Shown one piece after another: positions 1 to 14,052 of a DNA stretch of 64,000 nt. Origin of the DNA: Vicugna vicugna (taxonomy: Eukaryota); NCBI GenBank assembly GCA_013265495.1, contig MU058451.1:2413305-2477304 (forward strand), in the 5' to 3' direction. The first letter of the stretch is position 1; every line of letters begins with the position of its first letter. Under the pieces are notes generated by a model, which saw nothing but the letters and a program-made list of their open reading frames with translations, did not search any database and was not told the DNA's origin. Both the position numbers and the translations under genes were made by a program.

Positions 1-115
1 AATTGTTACAATTTTCCTGCACATATACAATATATTGCCCACAAATAATATACACAATAAACTGCACATATTTTTAAAATTGACATATATGTACTGTTCA
101 TTGTTTCTAAGAATG

Positions 116-888
116 TTTAGCGCTTTAGCTTTTTAAACTTACATAGTTATCAAAGGAATAAAGCCCACCACAAAATAAGAATTAATTTTAAAAGATGCAT
201 TCACCCCACTATTAACGGCAACATTATTTATAATTGCCAAGATACGGAAGCATCCTAGGCGCACATCAGTAACTGAATGGATAAAGAAGATGCAGTATAT
301 ATATACTGGAATACAGCCCATCTGGGTAGCTTATTTTAATAGTAGTTCTATTTCTAATTTTTTGAGAAGCCTCCATATTATTTTCCATAGTGGCTGCACC
401 AGTTGATATTCCCACTCACAGTGCACAGGGTTCTCTTACACACTTACACACTTTTACTTAGACCTTATACATGTTTGCTTTCTACTTGTGCTTCTTGATA
501 AATTTAGCGCTTTAGCTTTTTAAACTTACATAGTTATCAAAGGAATAAAGCCCACCACAAAATAAGAATTAATTTTAAAAGATGCATTCACCCCACTATT
601 AACGGCAACATTATTTATAATTGCCAAGATACGGAAGCATCCTAGGCGCACATCAGTAACTGAATGGATAAAGAAGATGCAGTATATATATACTGGAATA
701 CAGCCCATCTGGGTAGCTTATTTTAATAGTAGTTCTATTTCTAATTTTTTGAGAAGCCTCCATATTATTTTCCATAGTGGCTGCACCAGTTGATATTCCC
801 ACTCACAGTGCACAGGGTTCTCTTACACACTTACACACTTTTACTTAGACCTTATACATGTTTGCTTTCTACTTGTGCTTCTTGATAA
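116..888. repeat. Perfect tandem duplication, two 386-bp copies (116-501 and 503-888), period 387
   Basis: Copies are identical by eye from tttagcgctttagc to cttcttgataa, with one extra A at 502. The ORF track shows identical 60-aa ORFs offset by 387. Confidence 0.95.
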
Positions 889-945
889 TATTGCCATAAA
901 ACATGAATTTAAAAGACTTCTTGTGATTTTTGTTTGCACCTGTAT
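190..945. mobile_element. Old L1 ORF2 3' fragments in both orientations, duplicated with the tandem repeat
   Basis: 190-320 resembles sense L1 (gatgcattcacccc...gaatggataaagaagatg). 340-435 resembles antisense L1 (tttgagaagcctccata...tggctgcaccagtt). Confidence 0.75.
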
Positions 946-2019
946 TGAGGGATATTTTTCTAAACCTGAAGTCAGTGGTGGCAACAGAAAAGGAAAGTGC
1001 AGGTTAGGGTGCATAGGAAGGGTGTCTCGGGGCACTCTTCCCAACTGTACTCGACCATTTACCCATCCACTCTCTTCTTCAACATAGGAAAAGCAGTGAC
1101 AGTCCATGATGAAGTCTTACATCTGAATGGCATTTGACATTTAATTATTTTTAAAGAGAGAAGACTGGAAGACTAACAGACATTCTTTGAAAGGCAGTTC
1201 AATGTCAGTTCAGCTTACTGGGCAGTAGAAGTCCTAGATGGATGGCTGTACACATTCCTGTCCACAGAGGACCGCTTCAGTGACCTTCCCGTCAGGTAGA
1301 CTGTGCTCCCCAGGGGACCATGGGAGCTGCAGTCTGCACAGGTCAGTCATTGTTGGCGCTGGCAGGTGGGTGGCTGGGAAGTGCTCTGGTTGGGAGGACT
1401 TGGTCCTCCCCAGGCTAGAAGAGGAGTGGTTTTGGCAGTTCTTCCAAGCTAGCTCATGCTTCAAGATAGGATTCAGCCTCAAGTGGAGATGGAAATACTT
1501 AGCCAGGCCATCCTACTCAGTGTTTGCAGCATGACACTGGAATTCTGCATGTGCAGACCCACCAAACACATGGCTTGCTGCGGGCAGAAGGGCCGTCTGG
1601 ACCCCATCTCCTTGCACAAAGATGCAGGTCATGAGGCCTGCTGCCTGCTCTGCTTGGGCTGGGTCTGGGACTCACCGCCCTCTAATGGTGGGCAAGTTTC
1701 CTCCTGTCAAAGTTCACAAAGGAGAGGCCACATCAATTTGGAGAATTTAATAGCTTTGGTTTTGGTCAAACTGCTACTCTCGCAGGGGCTGTGCGGCTGA
1801 GGTGGAAGATCTAGGAGCCAGGACAACTGGTCAGGGGTCAAAGGCCAACGTGCCCTTTCTCCAGCCCCAGCAGATGCTGAAGTCTCTTACCAGATCTCCC
1901 TTGACTTGGGAAGGGTGTAGGAAATGTTTCCAATGGGCTCACAGTTCAGGGCAGGAATGAAAGAGAGTCCTCACAGCCCCCAGACAGGTCCCGGGGTGGG
2001 GGTAGGGGTGCTCAGTGGC

Positions 2020-2362
2020 TTTGCTTAGGCTGTTCCCTGTGCCTAGACGGCCCTTCCCTCCTGCCTTCCCATGAAAAACCACTACTCAGTATTTAAGATT
2101 CTGCTAAACTGTCATTCCTTCCCTAAGATACTCCCCAAATTCCCTGAGAGTGAGTTGTTCTGCCTTTTATACTCCAGAACGCTTTGCCCATACATGCATT
2201 ATGGGTTTTTAAGGCACCAATGCTGTGTGACTATACGTCTCTGTGCACCACCAGGCCAAGAGCTACTTAAAGTTCAAGGGGTGTGTTGTATTCTCTCTCT
2301 AGCCTCAACACAGAACCTGAAATACAGTGAATACTCAGTAAATATTGGCTGGCTGGCTGAAG
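2020..2362 (+). mobile_element. L2 3' fragment
   Basis: ctttgcttaggctgttccctgtgcctaga... ending actcagtaaatattggctggctggctga, typical of an L2 3' end; boundaries approximate. Confidence 0.6.
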
Positions 2363-5300
2363 GGATGAGAAGCTGAGGGTTGGTGTCTGAGGGTGTCAAC
2401 CAAATCAAGGTCCACTGGCTATTCTTAGAGTCTAAGAAGATGGGTTCAATGTCTAGGTCCAAGTGAAAAAGGCATCTACATATTGCCACAAATTAATTGC
2501 AAAGATACACTCTCTCCAGTGGGCAGGGTCAGGCTTAGCAATAAGACAAATACTCTAACAATATTCAGATCTGGGAGCAGATGCGTTTCAGTCTTGTTGC
2601 CACTAACATTGTTAAGTTAAAAGTTACACAGGGTATAATTATTGCATGAGATTGGACACAAAAGGGCAATCTAAAATACACATCATTGGCCGACTTAGAT
2701 CCCAGTGGGTGGTTTAGAGGACTTTAAATAGGACCGGTTTAAACTAGGTGAGCCTAAATTAATCCCAGGTAAGAAAGGGAACCTCTCAGCTTGCATTACA
2801 CAGAGGAAGCATACTGAAATCTGCCCAGAGTTATCAATCATTCATTTAGTCAGGTAGCTTTTGAATACCTCTTAGGTGCACAGCATTGTCTCTGCTTCAA
2901 GGAGGGTATAAAGAAATAGGAAATGTGTGCAAAAAGAGGAAGACTTTATCAGGCGGGAGTGAGAGGGAGCAGACAGTGCTCCTCAAGGCAGGAAGGGGAG
3001 GGGGCCAAACAGCTGAGACGTGAGGCAGGAACGAGCATGAGCATAGGGCCCCGAGCGGGAGGCCTTGGCGAGATTCCACTCCATCCCATCTCACCAGATA
3101 ATTATTCTCTTCCTACTACTCCCAGGTGGGTCACCTGGGCTGATACAACTTTATATTTTCAGAGCCACTGACATTTTCTCTAGGACAACACTTACATTTT
3201 TCAAATATGGAAAACTTATACACAAGCACACTTGGGCATCCATTCAAAACCGGAAATGGTACAGGGGCTGCTGAATTCAAATTTTAGGAGTATTACAGAA
3301 AAATTTTATTTCATAGTGAATCACACACAGTGTATTGAATAGCTACATTTACCAAATGAAATCTTTTCTGTTCCAAAATCTCTGAAGCTCTGATTTAATA
3401 AATACATTGATACGTGAACTTGCTAATAACATTCTTTTAGCCCTGATTTCTTTCTTTTATTTGCATTGAGCACTCTTTGGAAATGCTATGATTTTTCCTC
3501 ATGCGCATGTTATATCCATGAATTAAGATTTTTTTCCCCATAATTCTCTCTGGTCTTTTATTGTTAATCAAGGGCACTGAAAGTTATAAAAATAAGTGCT
3601 GTGCAGTCAGCTATCTGTTTTCCCAGTGGAAAGGGACAAGGGTATTAGAGACCTAATCAAGCTTAGAAAGAAATACACAGAAAGAAATCTCAACAGCCAA
3701 AAAAGCACTGCCCCTCTGATATTAGCATCTAAATGCCAATCAGTAACACAGCGGACTACAGGTTGGTGTCCAGGCACAGGCGCTCGGGGGCTGCAGGGCC
3801 GACAAGCCTGACCAGCTGCACTGGGGGCTCCAGCAGCCCCCACCACCTCGGCTCTCACATGCGGTCAGGCCTTCATCTCAAATGAACCATTCATGCTTAG
3901 GCATCCTCTCAGATTTCCATTTGTAATGTTGTCATAAAGGAATTTCATTTTATACTTTCCAGACTAATGATTTGGTACAAAAAAGCTGTGCTGCCAAAGT
4001 AAGAGGCTGGGGGAGGAGAAGGATTCTCACAGACATTTGTGAATCAGCGAAGCAACAGGCCGAGAAAAACTATGCAGTGACTTTCATCTGCCCACACATC
4101 CCAGTGACTCTGAGGCCTGGCTTACAATTTACTCAACCTGGGCTTTAAATATCACTCTTGGTTTTCTCTTTGGTGTGCTATTTGTATGCATCTGACTTTC
4201 CTTTCTGTTGAGATTGTCTCATTTTAGTGGTTTAATTGATGAGATTTTCGCTAGGACAGGCAGGCAGTGCAAAGTACTGAATGACAGGTTAACGTGGTTA
4301 ACAGGTTAAGATGGGCACTGACCAAGCAGGTCGGACTGCTGCGCTGGGCTGGGGCAGGGTCTTAGACACCCCTTTTCACTGGGTGGGAGTTCCTATAGTA
4401 GCTGGGTCTTGGGGACATGGAGTGGGGGGCCTGGGCAGCACTGGGGTTGGTGTCAGGCACCAAGAACTTGAAGCCACAGCTATTACCGACGAAGTATTTC
4501 AATATTTTAACAACCAGTGTGGGGTACCTAACCACCACCTGATGAATATCATCTCCATTAAGATCTATTTGAAAATTTCACTCCTTAATCTAATTTTTAA
4601 ATTTCCTTCCCAGAAACCTCATAGGAAGAATTACTACTTAATTAAAATTTTCAGCTTTACTTCCATAAAATAAAATTCACTCTGGGATTGATTTGGAATT
4701 TTAGTTCTTCACAACTATGACTTTCTTTCTTAGACAATTCAGCTTCATGGTAATGTATTTGAATCTCATGGTTTCTACTCTGACCCAATTCAATATTCTT
4801 AGGTTTTTCAGGAATAATCCTTTTACTCCTGCTTTTGCTTTAATGTACAAATACCTTCTTACTTTATCAGATTTTTGGACTGAATCCTGTCTAGGAAGTT
4901 GATAGAAACAATAAAGAGAAAAAAAAAGCCTGTAGTTTCATTAACAGTCGCCAGACACCCTCCTCCCATCCTTGTCCAGCAAAGCTCAAGGAAAAAGTTA
5001 CAAAATCGAGAGGAAAAAAAAATAATCCATTAAAAAGTAGCTCTAGAATTTTCTTTCAAAAAAAAAAACTTTACTTGAATACTCTCTCACTGTAAAAATG
5101 TTGGCACCTTCTGAACCTCTTGAACAAAGATGAGAAAGTGACTCTTGTTACGGTGGCCCAATTTTTGTCATGTGTATTCTCCAAAGGGGAAACCAGAATT
5201 TTATCCTGATATACTCAGAACCAAAGTGATGTAAACCAAGCTCTGAATACGGAAAGAAGAGGAGGAAGTTTGATGCTGGTCAGTGGGTGGATGGCATTGG

Positions 5301-7499
5301 AGAAGGACAATAACACTTGACATTAATTATACATCAACCCACCCGGTCCTAGTCAGGGTATTTGCCAAGAAGTTCTTACATTCCTGTGGCCGGGGCACAG
5401 GGCCACACTAAAGTTTCATGGAAAACAACAGTGCATTATAAAACATTTTAATCACTCCAGCTCCCTGCAATGACTAAATAATCTAACAAAATTTTCATTG
5501 AATGGAAGCCTACTTTTGTGAAAGTAATCAAGTTTTGACTTTAAACGTTTGTTTTTTTTTTCGAGAAGAAGTTTCCTCTATTCGTTTTTCTCTCATGACT
5601 AACCACTGCTGACTTAGTGTTAACTTGCCAAAGTTTTCATACTACAAAGATCGATGAGGAGATATAATCTACCCAAAAAACAAACAAACAAAAAAACCAA
5701 GAACAAATAAATGGCGCTCTTACTCTGAGAGTGTATAGTCACAGAAGAGAAGCAGAGAGCCTTCTCACTGAGCATGAAACAGGTGAATCCCCAACAAATA
5801 CAGAGAGTAGGAGCCACTTCAGATAGGCTTTGGCATTACATTTGTACAAAAGAGCTATAATTTTCCAGTCTATAGAAAGAGCTCTAGAGAATACATTTTC
5901 CATGTAAAAACCAGAAATCCCCAATGTTCTGAGAGCCCTCTGAATTTCCAGGCTTTTTTAGAGGGACAAGTTAAAATAGCTCAGAGGCACTCTGGTTTCT
6001 GGAGCTGCATTTTTTTACCCTTCTCCCTGCCAGGAAGTGGGGCCACCTACGTGAAGTCATTAAGATGATCCCCTTCACAAAGACCTCAAACAGTGGCCCT
6101 TGCATGTGCAGAGAGCCCATGGACATCAAACCCCACAGCTCTGCCCCCAGACATCGCCGCGTCCCACACATGCTGCTGTCATCACACCCGCGCTGTTGTC
6201 TCAACACCCAACGGGCTGTGACTAAGGGCCCTGGTATGCAGCCGAATATATGCATTAAACAAGAGTTTCAAAACCTATTTCAGAAGTACTCGTCCTTGGC
6301 TCCGCATCTTCATTTGCTCAATGTGGCCACTGTCTCTGGAGGAGCAACTCCTCTCAGGCATTGGTCCCCGTGACTTGGGAGGCCTCCTGGTCCCCAGCCC
6401 CGGTCATGAATGCACAATGGAGATCGGGGGAAGGCTGCAGGAGGAATCTAGGGCAGTGCTGAATCGGATCGTTCTCCTCCCATTAGACCATTCATCCAGG
6501 TCAGCACATCTCCCTTCACCCGCATCCTCTGCTCGGCAGTGGCTGCCAACCCGAGCTCCAACTCTGTTCTAGTTTTGTAACCTTATCTTCTCAAGAGTCT
6601 CAGTCTCTTAGCCTGAGGTACCTGACGAGTTCTGTGTCTGGCAGACATCCCCGCCACTCCCCTTTTGGTGTTGTGGAGTAGCTGTTGTCTCTCTGTTGGA
6701 CCACGCAAGGCCTCTAAGACAAGGGCATTGTTGCTGCTGTGATTAAGGTGCTTTGGGAAGGCCATCTGCTCCAAGCTAGAAAAGCGGTATGACCTGAGAG
6801 ACAGCACAAATGACTAAAGCAATATTTGGGGGCCCTTGCTTCTTATTAAACGGATATGCTGAGTGCCTACGGGGGACAAGAGACGTTTTGAACAAGTTTA
6901 GACACATTTGATAATATTCAGCTTAGGGATTTCTTTTCAGCCTTTCCAGGAAATTGACATGAGTAAACCAACAGGGAGAGAGGATGGCTAAATAGTCATG
7001 ACAAAGGGCTTTTGAGGAAAACGCTGAAGTGAGAGGGATGAGTTCTGTCTTCTGCTAAGGCTTTGAGTCCTCTTAGATCCTCGGTCCTCTAGACTCGAGG
7101 TGTCTTGCGGTATTCCCTAACTGCTGTGGACGGCTCAGCTTTGTTTGTTGCTTCCAGGATAAGAGTCACAATTATTTAGTGCCAGACTCTGCACACAGCT
7201 TTGTTTTCAGATTCTTCACACCGATGTCATAAGGAGCCCTAAGATTGTCCTAACATATTTAGGACATGTTGGACACATGCCACAGATTTCCAATATGCTT
7301 CTGAGAGCAATTCTTTCTAAATGGTGTAGCTGTTGACACCTGAATCAACTTGGATTGGGAGTCTGAACCACAGCTCTGAGCATTAGTTTTGGGGTGCACC
7401 TGCTCCTCTCCCCTCCCTCCTCAACTCTTCTCTTTCAGTTGAGTTCAACAAACATTCACTGGATAACTGTGTGCCAGGTTCTTTGGTATGTAGGTTCTT

Positions 7500-7660
7500 T
7501 GGTATGGGCTATGGCGTCAGATCAACCTGTCTGGAAGACTCTGGGGAAATTGCTTCACCTCTCTGAGTCTCAGTTCCTTCAGTGAGTGTCCTCAAATGAG
7601 TTAACGCACACACAGTGTTTATCACAGTACCTGGCACGCGGGGAAGGGGGTGATATGCAT
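7500..7660 (+). mobile_element. MIR SINE
   Basis: MIR core tgcttcacctctctgagtctcagttcct and tail aaatgagttaac...cacagtacctggcac. Confidence 0.7.
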
Positions 7661-10600
7661 TGGTTCTCACTGTCACACTGATGTATGTGACAGGCCCAGA
7701 CAGCTCGTGGCCTAACAGAGAAGGAAAGCACTAAACAGACCATCTCCATACTTCTGGTAAGTTTTAAAGGAGTAATCCTTATCCCAGCTTTAGTTAGTCA
7801 TTAGGAGGAAGGTGATGCTTGGAGGAGGAATATAGAAGTTGATACCTGAGCTCTACATATCTCATTGGATAGGTAGGGGAAGACATCCTCTCTCATTGCT
7901 TTGGAAGAAAATCAGAGCCCCGTGGAAGCCTAACTCATCTGGTAAATATGAGGTGTCTTTGGAGGCTACACGTGATTGCTTCTGTGTATTTACAAATGCA
8001 TCTACATGCACAGGAGAGGATACCACATACATCATGTCATGCTGGTGGCAGCCAAAGAGGTCAACAAATAGCATAAGGGTGGCAGCAGGTGGGAGGAGGA
8101 TAGAGACTGCGTGGGAGGGGAGAATGAGGCAGGGAGAGGCAGAAGTCAGGCAGGGACCCAGCTACAGGCTTTCACCCATCTGTGGAATGTAGGGGAACTC
8201 TTAAACTTGGAGCCTGCAGGGCTGGAACTGGACCAGCCCCCTGGAACTTCAGGCTTGGGTCTCTGCCCAGCTGGGGTGCCACACCCAGCGCTCCAGCCCT
8301 ATTGTTCCCAGCAGCTCTGCTCCCACCCTTCTCCTTGGTCAATCCAACGTCCCTGCTTCTTTGTCTAGTTTGATTACCTAACCCAAGGCCATCACATCAC
8401 CTTCTCTATCAATCTCTTAATGACTACCCTTCATATTTATAATGATTTTTTGGTCCACACCCACTGATAAATAACAAAAAATTTTAAACCTAAAAAATAC
8501 GTAAGAGATTTTCCTTATTCCTGCTGAATCCATGAACTCCAAGCATCACCTACATTGTGATTTGCCAAAACGTGTTTTTAGTCAATATTAAGTCTTTATG
8601 ATATCTACTGTTAAAACAGTATGCAACTTATTTGAGAGATTTGGGGGTGCACACAATCAACCAGGCATGAAAGACTACGGGGTTCCAGAGTTGGTGGCCA
8701 GTGATGGGGAGGGAACATCTCTGAAAATTATTTGCACAATTGAGAATTAACTTGAAGGCAGTCATATTAGGAGGTGAAGGGAAGATTCCTTTTTCTTCCT
8801 TCCGGGCTTCCTATCTGCCTGCTTTCTGCCTACCTACCAGCATTTGCTGAGCCAAAATGGAGAAGTGGGGTCTAACAGACCTGGGTTTTGACTCCTGACT
8901 GTGTGATAGGGACATGTTTTTGAGTCATTATGACACATGCCAGAGAGTGATAAGACTCAAACAGTCCAGTTCTATCTTACTTCAGATCTTATCAAAGCAA
9001 TACGCTGGGCTTTGAAAAGGAAAATGGCCCACAGAACTTTCTGGATGGTAGTGTACGTGGTGGGTTCATCTGCACTCTTTCCTGACTTGCTTTGAACTGG
9101 GGGGGATACAAATTAAAAATGGCTTTTATAGCCATGTTGTCCTGAAAAGCTGTATTCCTCATGTCTATTTCACTTGTGCCAGTTCTGAAGAGTAAAATAT
9201 GTTTTACACATGAATTTCTGAGAACTTGATTGTAAAGGATATTGCTTCCTAAGAAAGACTGTAGAAAAATAAATCACCGTAATTATTATGTTAAGCTGAT
9301 GACATAAGACAAATGTTGACAGTTCAGGTTTCTAAGTCTTTCTAAGCAGTCAAGGCCTTTGTCTGATGCTCTTCCCACGACTTTGCCTAAGGTTTATTTA
9401 TTGATGTATAATCCACGATTCAGACCTCACTTTTATGGGAAGTATATTCAAGCAAAGAAGGGGAAGGATCTACTCCATTTGTGAAGGAGACTTTCAAGAA
9501 GGTCATCTCCTTTGATTCTGATTTATCCCATGTCTGGGGTGAACAAAAGTTTGATTTTTGCAAAATGATTTCTGATCAGCGAGCAGCTGCAGGGACCTCA
9601 CGTGAGCTGAGGGGTGCAGAACTGGACAAGGGAAGCTCCTTATGTCTTATAGAACTGACTTGGAGGGTTTTTCATTGGAACCTTCCAAGCAAGCAGGTTC
9701 CCCAGTCATGTGTGTGCACAGAAGAGGAGATGGGGGTCGGTGGCTATGAAGTCAAGACCTTAAAATGGTGCACTGGATTCTACTGAAGGTCAGACATGTT
9801 AGGAAATGTTTCGTACTTCACCGGTTTTTCTCTTTTTAATAAAAGAGTTGGGATTTTTGAGACAATGCTTTCCAAGTTGCCTGAAAATTTGTAACGTCTA
9901 GCTTTCAAATGCAACTTTTCCAGGATATCAGAAAGCCCTAGTGGGTCTTTGTATTTTGTTTTTTTTTTTCCTCACAAGAGACAGGCTGGCAGCTAAATCA
10001 GGCAGAACCCTGTTTCAAGAGGCTACTCGATCTTCTGAGCCCACAGCGAGCTATAAAGTTGGTTCTCAGAGTCTCCATTTTCTCCCTGAATCCTTTCTGA
10101 ATGAAGGTCCTCGCGGCTGCTCACTGTTCTTTTAGAGGGTGACACCCATCCTCTGTTCTCTCTCACTTTGAATATCATTTTTCAGGCTTTCTGGGAAGCG
10201 CTGTTACACTTCTATGAAGAGACTCCAACTGCCAATCTTGAAATATTCTTTGAAACCAGTAACACCAGGTGCTCTGTTCAGAAGGAAAGGAGGCAGCTCC
10301 CATATTACATACAATACAGCATTTGTTCACAGGCAGCATTGGATTTAAACACATACACACACACAATGGCAGCCTAAATAGCTCAATGTATCTCTTGAAA
10401 CACTCAAAGGGTTTCAGGAAATGCAAGGAAATTTTCAAAAACAGAGCATTAAAAAAATAGAAACAGAAGAATCAAAGGAAACATTAAAAAAAGGAATCCA
10501 AACTGAACCAGGCTTGTAATAACATGCTTAAAAGAACGGAAGTTGGGAGGATACATGGAGTTATGTCAGCAACCTGCACGTAAGAATGATCTCTTTCAGA

Positions 10601-12899
10601 ATGATGAAAGATCTACCCTTTGTAAGTGATTTTAGAGGGGGTGGATTTGTTTTTGTGATATCATTTGAGGAAGATACAGCTAAAATGAGCTCACTGCCTG
10701 CTGGAGGACACTGCTATTTCTCAGCATAATTTATGTATGGAACCAAAGTAAAGGGGAGGATAAACATCAACATGATGTTTTCTACTCCTCCCAAGAAACT
10801 ATTATTTCTTTTTGAATTTTCATACAGCCTTGCTCTTCCAAGAGCAGGGACCTGCAAAAGAGGAAATTCAGGTGGCAGAGAACTGACCCCCAGCCTCAGC
10901 CCACAATCACCGCCAGCATGGGTCTGGCCCAGTTTCCTGGGACCGCAGGCAGGTTGGCCAAGCAGTGCTGGGGTATCCTCTTCAAGGCTCAACGGTTTAA
11001 AGACATGATAAACATTTCAAATCTTTTTGGAGGCAAAATTTCTGTTTTCCAGCACATGCGATCCTGTTTTATTATTTAATGGCATTTTTTTAAAACAACA
11101 ATTCTTTTATGATCTCCTAGAATACAGCCCACCTTCCTTTATTTAGTTTCTACATCTAGTAGGAATGCACCTGACTAGAAAATGTGTTAGACCCATCTTC
11201 TTTGTTAGTGGAGGTATGAGGGTGACTCACTTATTATTTTATTTCTCAATTATTTCTTCAAATTAATTATCTCTTTTAAACCAAGCTTGGGCAGCTGGAT
11301 ATATTGTTTGAAGGAAGTAGTTAACTTCTATCCCGGCTTTCATAGGACAATGGTTTGAAACTGTCTTTCTCCGAACCTTTTCCAGGAAGGACTGCTTGGA
11401 TTTGTCATGACTGACACGGATCATGAAGAGCTCCATATGTCCATCACAGCCCTGCTTGGTTGCGGTCCTTTAAACATGTGTGCGCGTGCACACATATATG
11501 TGTGAACATGTGTGGCTTAGTTACTTAATGGGATTTAACATCCCTTTTGCTTTGTCTTTTCCTTGTGTCTTTAGGTTCTGATTTTCTTACCCCTGAGTTT
11601 AAAGGCAGTATATGCTATTGTTAGTTTTTGCCCAAATGTTTTCACTTTTATCTTTTGACAAATTCATCAAATGCTATAGGGAAGCACCCTTGCATTTTGG
11701 AACCACATACCTGTAGGTCTCTCAAACCTGAGTGGCAGTCCATAAATTACAACACTTTGAGCCAAAACACCATGGGGTAATCTCATAGCTGTTACTCATG
11801 ACGTGACTCAATCATCTTACTATTTGTATGTTCTCTTCATTTTAATGCGGCTAAAAAAAAGCGAGTTCTTTCTTTACACTGTAGTTCTGGGTCTTAAAAA
11901 AAAGTACTTTTGCTAGCTGTCATCTGCCCAGTCTTTGTAATAAAATTCCTGTAGAGGAGAGGTGAGAGGGCTTGAGCAATGCCTCCTACCCTCTGGCTTA
12001 TTAGAGAGGATGCAGGGTTTCTAAGCAGGATGAAAGAAATAATCCAGGAAGGAAGCCAGGAAGAAAAGGGGGTGGAGGGAAACCTAAGCCGGCGTCGAGA
12101 GGTTGGTAAACAGAAGAAAGTGACACAGAAGAGAAAAAGAGAAGCCACTCTGATACACCTCGCCATCCATCCCTGAAGGCCTGTTTCAAAGGCTTCTCCG
12201 TGGAGTCATCTCTGCCTTTCTCACCTCTCACCCTCCCTCCCCTGAACGCTTTATCTGCAGCTCCCTTACAGGCCTTGCTGATTCCTAATTGGCGTTACAG
12301 GTATTTGCGCAATCTCCTGTAAACCCTCCATTCACTCAACACAGTAAACAATTATTGAGCATCTCTGCCCTTGATACCAGGGACTTTGCCAGATGCCAGG
12401 GGTACAAAGACCATTGGGACATCACCCCTGTCTTCAAGAGGCCAACAGCATTGGCCTGACCCTTGCCTACGACACCTGCCCCATCCTCTGCTGGGACCCA
12501 CCGTCTTGTTTCTGCGTCATTTCTCCGCCGGCGCGGTCTCCTTGCCTGCGTGTTCTTTTCCTCCTTTCCCCTTGTTTGCCTTTCAAGGCTCAGGCACAAA
12601 ACTCTTCAGGAAGCCTTTTCTGAACGGCCAGGCTGGGTTCCCATATCGCGTGCACACTTTTCTTTTAGTACTTCCCATAAATCAAAACTTTCTGTTTATA
12701 TGACCATCTCCTCCAGCGCCTTCAGGGTGGGAACCTTGCCTTCTAATCTTCGATTTTTCAAGATCAAGAACTAGGCCTGTTCCAGGATTCATACCCATGA
12801 AATATTAGCTGAAGGAATAATTGATCAGTTCTCCTCATAACGCCCCTCTCTAAGGTAAGGTGGGAAAAATATCATTTATCCCCTTTTACAAAAGAACGG

Positions 12900-13274
12900 T
12901 GCTGTGGGTGGTTAGTATCACTCCCCATCGCCCCACCCCAGTTCATATGTTGAAACCCAACCCCAAGGGTGATACTGCTTGGAGATGAGGCCTTTGGGAG
13001 ATAACGAGTTCAGGAGGGTGGAGCCTTCATGAATGGGATTAGTGTCTTTACAGGAAGAGGCACGAGAGAGAAGACCTCTCCCTCTGTGCCAAGTGAGGGC
13101 CCAGCAAGGAGGTGGCCATCTGCAAACCAGGAAGAGGACCCCCACCAGAAGCAGCCCAGGCTGGCACACTGATCTTGTTCTTCTCAGCCCCCAGAACTAT
13201 GAGAAATACATTTCTGTTACTGAAGTCCTTCAGTCTCTGGTATTTTGTGGAGGTAGCCCAAACTGACCGAGACA
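12900..13274 (+). mobile_element. MaLR solo LTR (MLT1A-like)
   Basis: TG...CA termini and an exact 5-bp TSD aacgg (12895-12899, 13275-13279). Internal motifs: ttcatatgttgaa, gaatgggattagtg, ccagaactatgagaaata. Confidence 0.9.
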
Positions 13275-13869
13275 AACGGAGAGGAAAAATGACCTGGCCC
13301 CAGATTTAAAAGACGGTAGGGCCAGGCAAGAAGCCACACCTTCTGCTCTCTCTACCAGACTAAGCAGATTTTCTACGAGAAGAAGCTATACCTGTTTCTC
13401 CTGTGTCAGTTTAGAAAGAGAGTTTGGGTAGGAGACTGAGGATTAGGATTGGGAGATAAAAGGATTCTGGGACAGACATGGCAGGAGACCTATTTGATAA
13501 AACAGGGAAATAAGTAAAACGCCATTTTTTGTAGTCTCTAGAGAAGACAGGCTGAGGGTTAGGGCTTTTGCATGGAATCTATCTGTGATCAATTCAAGAA
13601 AGGAAAACAGTGTGGGTCAAAGGAAACAGGGTGAGAAGTGGATTGGCAAGTGACTACTTCTGCTGGGCAAGAACACACACGTGAAAAATATCTAGACAGA
13701 GGGCACCTGGCAAGAGTCAGGTTAAAGCTGAAGTTAAAGCAAAGCAGCTTGGAGAACAAAGCTGCAGCCCAGGAAAATGGGAAACAGCTGAACAGATTTA
13801 TGAGCAGGTACCTAACTGATGTGACTTTTAAATGTGCACATATATTTTATTTTTATATAAGAGTGACAA

Positions 13870-14052
13870 ACAGGCGGCACAAAGCAGTAAGAGGAGCCTA
13901 ACTGTCCCACTTTAATTCAGAAGCCCTGGTTTTAGGTCCCTCTCTTAAAACTTGCAGACTGTTACTTCGGGCAAGTTACTTAGCCTCTCTGAATCTTTGT
14001 TTCCTCTTAAGATGACATAACGCTGTATTTCTGTAGGGTTGTGGTGAGGGCT
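13870..14052 (+). mobile_element. MIR SINE
   Basis: gggcaagttacttagcctctctgaatctttgtttcctc...tagggttgtggtgagg. Confidence 0.7.

Noticed and set aside
139..708. Two identical 60-aa ORFs as duplicated genes
   Set aside because: They are antisense readings of an L1 fragment copied by the tandem duplication.
1234..1800. Cluster of overlapping 80-114 aa ORFs in GC-richer sequence
   Set aside because: No recognisable protein similarity or consistent exon structure; expected by chance at this GC content.
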